Under the pieces are notes generated by a model. The model was not told the DNA's origin, searched no databases, and saw nothing but the letters and a program-made list of their open reading frames with translations. DNA of 64,000 bases from Abditibacterium sp. (GTDB lineage Bacteria > Armatimonadota > Abditibacteriia > Abditibacteriales > Abditibacteriaceae), in assembly GCA_965199495.1 (NCBI GenBank), contig CBDASK010000003.1, positions 3,520,001-3,584,000 of the forward strand, in the 5' to 3' direction. How positions within the stretch are numbered: position 1 is the first letter of the stretch; the number at the start of each line of letters is the position of its first letter. Position numbers and translations under genes: made by a program. Positions 57,061 to 64,000 of this stretch are shown here, piece after piece.

Positions 57061-57609
57061 TCACACTTTGCCTTTGACGCCCTGCCATTTTGCATACGCT
57101 TCTTGCATCGTCGAAACCAATTGTGGCGCATCCATGTAACCGGTTGTCGAAGCGACTGGTTTGCCGTTGCTCTGCGCGAACAACAGCGTCGGATAACCAG
57201 TGATGCCATACGCCTGCATCACGTCAGGACGTTTTTCGCCATTGACTTTCACCGTTATCCAGTTTTGACTCTGCTCGATGACGTTGCTATCGGGATAAGT
57301 GCGCGCTTCCATGTCTTTGCAGGGGCCGCACCAATCGGCGTAAAAATCGATCAAAATCGGCTTGCCTTCGGTGCGCGCGCGCTGCATCGCGCCCTCGAAC
57401 GTGTCTTGCCATTGGATTTCTTTGGGCACAACTACCGCTTGGGTTCCCACGGACGCCGTGCCCGTGGCTGATGCGTCCGCGTGCGAGGCAGGAGCGTGAC
57501 CGGTCAAATCAACCAGTTGAGGCGCTTCGCCCGACCAAGAAGCGATGGCGACGGCGCCAACCAAAACCCACACAAATATCGAACCGACAATCCAGGGACG
57601 TTTTTTCAT
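57061..57609 (-). CDS. Membrane-anchored thioredoxin family protein
   Basis: N-terminal TM; DFYADWCGPCK; cis-Pro motif GYPT. Confidence 0.88.
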   Translation of the reverse strand: MKKRPWIVGSIFVWVLVGAVAIASWSGEAPQLVDLTGHAPASHADASATGTASVGTQAVVVPKEIQWQDTFEGAMQRARTEGKPILIDFYADWCGPCKDMEARTYPDSNVIEQSQNWITVKVNGEKRPDVMQAYGITGYPTLLFAQSNGKPVASTTGYMDAPQLVSTMQEAYAKWQGVKGKV

Positions 57610-57669
57610 GATGCTTTTCCAACGAAGAAACCCCCGTTTTGTTCCGGCAGTTCCCGCGTCATTGTTCAA

Positions 57670-58155
57670 TTAACGATTCTGCGCCCACTCTTCAACCCAC
57701 GTCAAAACTTCGTCGGCGTGTTCCGAAGGCACGACCTTATCCCACAATTGCACGACTTTGCCACCCTCGACAAACATCGTGATGCGCGAAACTTTGGTGA
57801 CGGGCTTGCCATACATTTTGGAATCGTAAATCAAGCCCCAACTATTAAGCGTGGAATGTCTTTCGTCGGCGATGAGCGAGTAGGGCAATTCCGACTTCTT
57901 GATGAACTTCTCGTGCGACTTGATGCTGTCGCGCGACAATCCATAAATTTCGACGCCCAGATCGCGCAGTTCGATGAAGATTTCGCGGAAACCTTCGGCT
58001 TCCATCGTGCAGCCCGGCGTTTGATCTTTGGGATAGACGAACAGAATATAAGGCCGGTCGGCGAGTTTGTCGTTGTTGAGTTGCGTGTGGACGCCGCGAT
58101 AATTGACGGCGGGCAAATCGAATGGCGGCAACGGTTGGTCAATTTTAATTTTCAT
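57670..58155 (-). CDS. bcp: Peroxiredoxin BCP/PrxQ
   Basis: YPKDQTPGCTMEA, GLSRD, SHEKF. Confidence 0.9.
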   Translation of the reverse strand: MKIKIDQPLPPFDLPAVNYRGVHTQLNNDKLADRPYILFVYPKDQTPGCTMEAEGFREIFIELRDLGVEIYGLSRDSIKSHEKFIKKSELPYSLIADERHSTLNSWGLIYDSKMYGKPVTKVSRITMFVEGGKVVQLWDKVVPSEHADEVLTWVEEWAQNR

Positions 58156-58179
58156 GAACTCAGAGTTTGGCAAAGAACG

Positions 58180-59532
58180 CTATAAGTGCGCCGCCAACGA
58201 CAGGCCAAAAAACAAAAGCAAGCTCCCGAAAAAAATTAGGGCGAGCCACAATTTCTCTTTCAATTTCTCGTGTCCCGAAAAATGCGTGTGACTGGTGAGC
58301 GCCAAAGCCAAAATCCATAATATCAAACCGCCGACGATGAACGGTTTCCAGCCCGCTTTGGCTGGCCCCAAAAAAGCGCGCAGCAACGCCAACCAACCAT
58401 ACCCCAGCAACACGCACAGCGGCAATAGTATTCCGCATCCCATGTGTTCGACGCGGCAAGCCTCGAACGCGCGAAACAGACTTTGCAGCGCGCGATTCAG
58501 CGCGCCGCCGCGCGGAACCGAGGGCCACGCGCGATACCACAAATTCGCCGCTTGCCCGCGCAATAACATCGGCCAATCGTCCAAATTCAGCGCCGCCGCC
58601 AAATCGCGCGTTGAGGGCGCGAAAGGCTTTAATTCCTCGTGGTGACTTTGCCACCAATTCAGATAGGCTTCGATGGCGACCGGATCGTCCAAGCGCGCGC
58701 AATCCGACAAAAACGTTTGCAACGCGCGCCCCGGCGCGAGCTTAATCAGGCAATTCAGCAACAACAAACGGCCCGCCGATATCTCGTTTTGCGTGGTAAT
58801 CGCTTCTTCAATTAACGGCAAAACTGTGTCGTCGTCGCGTTGCATTAATCTGCTCAACAAAATTCCGGTCGCGTTTCGGTCGCGGCCCCACGGCAACGAT
58901 ATAAGATAGTTCCGCGTCAACTCGCGCGATTCGTCGTCGGTGCGCTGTGCGAGGGCACCAACTGCGACGCCCAAATCTCTGTCGTCGGGACTCCACTGAA
59001 AATGGAACGTCGAAATTGTTTTCTGATGCGTGCTCAATTTCCGCCCGCTTTTTTTCTCCGCCGAAGTCCGTTCGTCTATCCAACTATGCAGCCACGCCGT
59101 CATAGCGGCATCGGGTGAGGCGACGATGCGCTCGAATAATTGCGGCGAACCGTTGAAATATGGGAATCCGAAAGCCTCGGCCAATTGCCGAATTTGCGCG
59201 TCGCTCAGTTCGTCGGAGAGTTCATTGAGACCTTTGAGAATCTCGAACTTGGAAAGCGTTTTTTGAAAGGAAAGTCGCAGAAATTGCTCGAACGGCAAAC
59301 TCCGCAATAAGAACCGCACGATTTGCGCTTGTTGCTCGAACTCCCAGGCGTGCCACCACGGATAATTTGAATAAAAATACTGTTTGTCCGCCTCGCTCAA
59401 CAGTTCGCACAAGCGCTCGGCCTCATTGGTGTGCCACGCCTCTATGATCGCCGCGTGCAAGCGGTCGCCTTCTTCGGCTTCGGCCAGCGAAATACCGTAT
59501 TTCAAGCCAACGCGTTTGCCAAAAAGCTGCAT
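58180..59532 (-). CDS. Hypothetical helical protein with three C-terminal TM segments
   Basis: 450-aa ORF filling the gap between bcp and dnaE; hydrophobic C-terminus. Confidence 0.7.
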   Translation of the reverse strand: MQLFGKRVGLKYGISLAEAEEGDRLHAAIIEAWHTNEAERLCELLSEADKQYFYSNYPWWHAWEFEQQAQIVRFLLRSLPFEQFLRLSFQKTLSKFEILKGLNELSDELSDAQIRQLAEAFGFPYFNGSPQLFERIVASPDAAMTAWLHSWIDERTSAEKKSGRKLSTHQKTISTFHFQWSPDDRDLGVAVGALAQRTDDESRELTRNYLISLPWGRDRNATGILLSRLMQRDDDTVLPLIEEAITTQNEISAGRLLLLNCLIKLAPGRALQTFLSDCARLDDPVAIEAYLNWWQSHHEELKPFAPSTRDLAAALNLDDWPMLLRGQAANLWYRAWPSVPRGGALNRALQSLFRAFEACRVEHMGCGILLPLCVLLGYGWLALLRAFLGPAKAGWKPFIVGGLILWILALALTSHTHFSGHEKLKEKLWLALIFFGSLLLFFGLSLAAHL

Positions 59533-59635
59533 AAGATTCTTCCGTTAGTTTCGGCGAAAAGTCCCAAAGTTGCCGCGAAATTCGGTAAAATCTAATGTGG
59601 CCCCCGCGTTTTCGCGGCGCGCTAAACTCCCTTTT

Positions 59636-62600
59636 ATGTCCAAGTGTCTCTGCGGTTTCTGCCATCTCCACGTTCATTCCGAGTATTCTTTGCTCGACGG
59701 CGCCAATCGAATCAAAGACATGGCCAAGCGCGCCGCCGCGATGGATATGCCCGCGCTCGCCATCACCGATCACGGCGTGATGTATGGCGCGATTGACCAT
59801 TACGAAGCGTGCGTGAAAGAGGGCATTAAACCGATAATCGGGTGCGAAATGTATGTTGCCCCGCGCTCACATAAGAGCAAAGATTCGCAGTTGGACGGGC
59901 AAAAGCAGACGCGCCACTTGACGTTGTGGGCGAAGAACAAGCAGGGCTACGAAAACCTCGTCAAGCTGACGACACGCGCGCATCTGGACGGATTTTACTA
60001 CAAGCCGCGCGTTGACCACGAACTGCTGGCCAAGTATTCCGAGGGCATTATTTGCGGCTCGGCGTGTCTGGGCGGCGAGGTGCCGCAACTGATCATGGCT
60101 AAGAAGTTCGACGAGGCCGTCGAGCGCGCCGAGATGTATCAGGACATTTTCGGCAAGGGCAACTATTTTCTCGAATTGATGGATCACGACCTGACGGGCC
60201 AAGCTGAGGTCAACGACCGCGTGATTGATATTCATCACAAAACCGGCATTCCGTTGATTTGCACCAACGACGCGCATTATCTGGAAAAGAAAGACGAGGA
60301 AATGCACAAAATTTTGGTGGCGATTGGCACCAACTCGCAAATCGATTCGATGGCGCTGCACTATGGGCCAAACTTCTATCTCAAAGATAAAGAAGAGATG
60401 TGGTCGAAATTTAAACATGTTCCCGAAGCCCTCGAAAACACCCTTCGTATCGCCGATATGGTGGACTTGGAGTTGGATTTAAAAACAACACATTTTCCCA
60501 ATTTTGACGTGCCCGATGGACACGATAAAGTTTCTTATTTAAAACAACTGTGCAAAGAACGTTTCGACAAACGTTATCCGGTCGGTCATGCCTATCGCGC
60601 CGAAGCGATTCCGCGCATGGAATACGAGCTGAAAGTTATTATTGACAAAGGTTATCCGGGCTACTTTTTGGTGGTTCAAGACTTTATCAACTGGTCGAAA
60701 GAACGCGGTATTTTGGTCGGCTGTCGCGGAAGTGCGGCGGGTTGTTTGGTTTCTTATGTTTTGGGTATTACGAACCTCGATCCGTTGCCTTACGGATTAT
60801 TGTTTGAGCGATTTTTAAATCCTGAACGCGTCTCAATGCCCGATATTGATGTGGACTTTCCCGATAAACGTCGTGAAGAAGTTATGACGTATGTCACGGA
60901 TAAATACGGCAAAGATAAAGTCGCGCAAATCATCACTTTCGGAACGCTGGCCGCGCGCGCTGCCGTGAAAGATACGGCGCGCGCGACGGGTTTAGATTTG
61001 AAGTTGGCCGATCAGGTTTCCAAGCTGATTCCGGCGATTCCCAGTCAACCGATTACGATTTCCAGAGCCATCGAAGAAGTCAAAGAGTTGGGCGACCTTT
61101 ACGCTAACGATTCGACCGTCAAGCGTTTGCTCGACCGCGCGATGGCCATCGAAGGCATGACGCGCCATTCGTCGCGCCACGCCTGCGGCGTGGTTATTGG
61201 CAACGAACCATTGGATACGCTCGTGCCGCTCGAAGAAAAAGATGGTTTGGTCGTCACGCAGTATCACGCCAAAGCGGTCGAAAAAATCGGTCTGGTCAAG
61301 ATGGACTTTTTGGGCCTGACCAACAACTCGGTGATTGACGATACGCTGGGACTTATCAAGGAGCGTTATAACGAGGACATTGATTTAGAAAACCTCGATT
61401 TGACCGATAAAAAGGTTTACGACATGATGGGGCGCGGCGACGGCATCGCGGTGTTTCAGATGGAAGGCGCCGGAATGCGCAATTTGCTGCGCGAAATGAA
61501 ACCGGAAAACTTGGAACATATCATCGCGCAAATTTCGTTGTATCGGCCCGGCCCGATGGAAGAAATTCCGCGTTACATCAACGGTCGCCACGGCGGGAAA
61601 GTGACGTATCCGCACCCGCGTTTGGAGCCGATTCTCAAGAACACTTACGGGATGTTGTTGTATCAGGAACAGGTGATGCAAGCGGCGCAGGAATTGGCGG
61701 GATTTACCGGCGGCCAAGCCGACGAATTGCGCGGAGCAATGGCTAAAAAGAAGGCCGACATGATGGCTAAATTAAAGCCAATGTTTATTGATGGCTGCGT
61801 GAAAAATAGAATAGATAGAGCTTCGGCCACTGATATTTTTCAGCGCATGGAGGATTTTGCGAAATATGCTTTTAATAAATGTATTTTTGGCAATGTATAT
61901 ATTACTAAAAGTGACGGAAGTAAAATTCGGCTTTCGCGCGCTTACAAAGAACAGCCCGCCGAAATCATTGCGATGTGGCCCGATGGCGAGATTCGCCCGC
62001 ACAAAGTCGCGCGCATCGTGCGAAGCGGCAAAAAAGATTTGCTGGAAATTCGCACCAAAGCCGGGCGCGTCATTCAAGTGACGCCTGAACATCGTTTGCT
62101 CACGACGTTAGGTTACATGGAAGCCGAACGCATGGAAGTCGGGCAGGAGTTGATTACACAACCGATTATTTCGGAGAAGCAGCGTGCGGCTCGGCGCGAG
62201 AATATGCGGCTCGTCAATGCGCATCCCGACCGCCAAAAGTGGGCCGATGAAGCAGCCACGCGCATGACGGCTTATCAGGCGGCGCGTCCGATGGAAGAGA
62301 AAGTCGCGCACATGAAGCGGATGCACGACGAACATCCCGATTTAACCCGCGCGGGCGTGGCTGCGATGCACGAGCGTTTGAAATGGCTGATTGCCAACGA
62401 CGCGGAGTGGAAGCGCAACTGGCTGGAAAAATCGCTGGCCAACGTGCGCGACTGCTACGATTCCGGGCCGGGTTTCGGGCGTTGCTCGATTGCCTCCAAC
62501 GGAATGTGGTGCACATCTAATTGCGAACGCGAAATGTGCGAATGGCTCATCGCGCAAGGTATCGAGTTCGAGATGCACAAAGTGTTGGCGAATGGTCGCA

Positions 62601-64000
62601 TTTGTGATTTCTATTTCGATGGCGTTTATTGGGAAATGGACGGCATGGATCGTGTTGCGCAATACTTTGAAAGTAAATACGGTGAACTGCCATTTGTAGT
62701 TGTTACGCCCGAAGATTATAAGTTTGTGGTCGAGCATCATTTGCAATTGGCGCACGCCCAAAACGGCGATCCAATTGTCTCGATTGAACCTTGGGGATCG
62801 GCGATGACTTACGATGTCGAAATGGCACCCGATGGGCCGCTGAACTTTATCGCTAACGGCATTGTATCGCATAACTCCCACGCGGCTTACTATGGTTTAG
62901 TTTCGTATTGGACGGGTTACTTAAAAACCAATTATACATCCGAATTTCTCGCGTCAACGATGACTTCGCGCTTGGATGCGAAGCCGAAATTGTTGGCGGT
63001 TATCGAGGACGCACGCAAACATGACATCGAAGTTTTGCCGCCCGATGTCAACGAATCGCGACAGGATTTTACCGTCGTCGGCAGAGAGAAAAATTCGCCG
63101 ATTCGGTTCGGGTTGCTGGCGATTAAAGGTATCGGCGAAGGGCCGGTGAACGCGATTTTAGACGCGCGCGCCGAGGGCGGCAAGTTCATTTCGCTGCACG
63201 ACTTCTGTGAGCGCGTGCCGATTCGTGGCTGCAATAAATCGTGCATTGAAACCTTAATTCGCTGCGGCGCGTTCGACGAAATTCATCCGAATCGTTGCGC
63301 TTTATTAGAAGGTTTGGAAGGCGCGATTGCGGCGGGCGCGCGCGCTCAGATGGATGCGCTGACGGGTCAGCAATCCATGTTCGGCGAATCGGAGCCAACC
63401 GAAAGCGGGCGACCCAAAACAATGGGCGAATTGCCCGACTGCGATGACGTTTCGCGCGAACAACGTTTGGCGTGGGAAAAAGAATATATTGGACTCTATG
63501 TTTCCGATCATCCGCTCAATACTTTGAGGGAATACTTGGAAGCCAATACGATTCCGATTTCGCTGCTAACCGAGCCGGGCGGCGGTTTGCAGGACAACTC
63601 GATTGGCACGCTGGGCGGATTGGTGACGGCGATTCAACGGCGACTGGACAAAAACGGGCGTCCGTGGGCGATTATCACGCTCGAAGATTTGAGCGGCTCG
63701 ACCGAAATTCTGTGCTTTGCCAAAGTGTGGGGCAAAGTCAGCGAGAGCGTTCAGGAAGACGGCAAATTTCTGATTACCGGACGCCTGACCGTGGATTCGC
63801 GCGGCGGCGGACGACCAAACGGCGGCGACGAAGAAGGCGCCGCCGACGAAACGAGGTTTAAAATGATGGCCGATAGCATCGAACCGATTAAAACCGACGA
63901 AGCCGAAGCGCAATCCGCCGACATCGCCGCGCGCAACGAAATGGCGGCGGGCGCCGACAATGGCGACGTGGCTGCTGATGCGGTCGAAGTCGAAAATACC
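59636..64000 (+). CDS. dnaE: DNA polymerase III alpha subunit (intein-containing; runs off window end)
   Basis: ATG 59636: HLHVHSEYSLLDG, AITDHG, RGSAAG, PDIDVDF, KMDFLGL, LYRPGP, YAFNK/SH; missing from the ORF track because it has no stop in the window. Confidence 0.97.
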   Translation, partial: MSKCLCGFCHLHVHSEYSLLDGANRIKDMAKRAAAMDMPALAITDHGVMYGAIDHYEACVKEGIKPIIGCEMYVAPRSHKSKDSQLDGQKQTRHLTLWAKNKQGYENLVKLTTRAHLDGFYYKPRVDHELLAKYSEGIICGSACLGGEVPQLIMAKKFDEAVERAEMYQDIFGKGNYFLELMDHDLTGQAEVNDRVIDIHHKTGIPLICTNDAHYLEKKDEEMHKILVAIGTNSQIDSMALHYGPNFYLKDKEEMWSKFKHVPEALENTLRIADMVDLELDLKTTHFPNFDVPDGHDKVSYLKQLCKERFDKRYPVGHAYRAEAIPRMEYELKVIIDKGYPGYFLVVQDFINWSKERGILVGCRGSAAGCLVSYVLGITNLDPLPYGLLFERFLNPERVSMPDIDVDFPDKRREEVMTYVTDKYGKDKVAQIITFGTLAARAAVKDTARATGLDLKLADQVSKLIPAIPSQPITISRAIEEVKELGDLYANDSTVKRLLDRAMAIEGMTRHSSRHACGVVIGNEPLDTLVPLEEKDGLVVTQYHAKAVEKIGLVKMDFLGLTNNSVIDDTLGLIKERYNEDIDLENLDLTDKKVYDMMGRGDGIAVFQMEGAGMRNLLREMKPENLEHIIAQISLYRPGPMEEIPRYINGRHGGKVTYPHPRLEPILKNTYGMLLYQEQVMQAAQELAGFTGGQADELRGAMAKKKADMMAKLKPMFIDGCVKNRIDRASATDIFQRMEDFAKYAFNKCIFGNVYITKSDGSKIRLSRAYKEQPAEIIAMWPDGEIRPHKVARIVRSGKKDLLEIRTKAGRVIQVTPEHRLLTTLGYMEAERMEVGQELITQPIISEKQRAARRENMRLVNAHPDRQKWADEAATRMTAYQAARPMEEKVAHMKRMHDEHPDLTRAGVAAMHERLKWLIANDAEWKRNWLEKSLANVRDCYDSGPGFGRCSIASNGMWCTSNCEREMCEWLIAQGIEFEMHKVLANGRICDFYFDGVYWEMDGMDRVAQYFESKYGELPFVVVTPEDYKFVVEHHLQLAHAQNGDPIVSIEPWGSAMTYDVEMAPDGPLNFIANGIVSHNSHAAYYGLVSYWTGYLKTNYTSEFLASTMTSRLDAKPKLLAVIEDARKHDIEVLPPDVNESRQDFTVVGREKNSPIRFGLLAIKGIGEGPVNAILDARAEGGKFISLHDFCERVPIRGCNKSCIETLIRCGAFDEIHPNRCALLEGLEGAIAAGARAQMDALTGQQSMFGESEPTESGRPKTMGELPDCDDVSREQRLAWEKEYIGLYVSDHPLNTLREYLEANTIPISLLTEPGGGLQDNSIGTLGGLVTAIQRRLDKNGRPWAIITLEDLSGSTEILCFAKVWGKVSESVQEDGKFLITGRLTVDSRGGGRPNGGDEEGAADETRFKMMADSIEPIKTDEAEAQSADIAARNEMAAGADNGDVAADAVEVENT
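61880..62875 (+). mobile_element. In-frame 332-aa intein in DnaE with internal PD-(D/E)xK/Vsr-like endonuclease domain
   Basis: Splits conserved FNK|SH; begins Cys (CIFG), block B TPEH, block F TYDVEM, block G NFIANGIVSHN followed by Ser+1. Confidence 0.93.

Noticed and set aside
59595..64000. Apparent gene desert with only short ORFs in the supplied track
   Set aside because: Artefact: dnaE is open from 59636 beyond the window end, so it was not listed.

Overview
GC-rich bacterial chromosomal window of about 55 genes. I saw no rRNA, tRNA, CRISPR array, integrase or transposase. Gene content is diderm-type and reminiscent of Armatimonadota/Abditibacteriota, which is only an impression. Core genes: leuC, glnE, iscS-mnmA-hrcA-grpE-(DinB)-dnaJ, clpB, phoD, rsmI, bcp and dnaE (runs off the right edge). 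Most notable: (1) a co-oriented cluster joining an SBP-OmpA fusion, an ABC permease/ATPase, two uncharacterised helical proteins and a PspA/IM30 (ESCRT-III-like) protein, followed by a vWA protein and tandem zinc-ribbon Ser/Thr kinase-WD40 paralogues; (2) a 332-aa intein in DnaE carrying a Vsr/DUF559-like PD-(D/E)xK domain rather than LAGLIDADG; (3) a strongly over-represented non-palindromic motif, CGTGGCTG, on both strands; (4) several unrelated families of long intergenic fold-back repeats, some with a nested ~15-nt micro-insert; (5) an unlisted 32-aa bS22/AURKAIP1-like basic peptide gene with its own promoter and terminator; (6) tandem HspR (HAIR) boxes at clpB and several apparently leaderless genes; (7) a small TA/Fic island with a nonsense-disrupted toxin. 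All family calls come from motif recognition by eye, with no database searches. Several start codons were adjusted from the ORF track.
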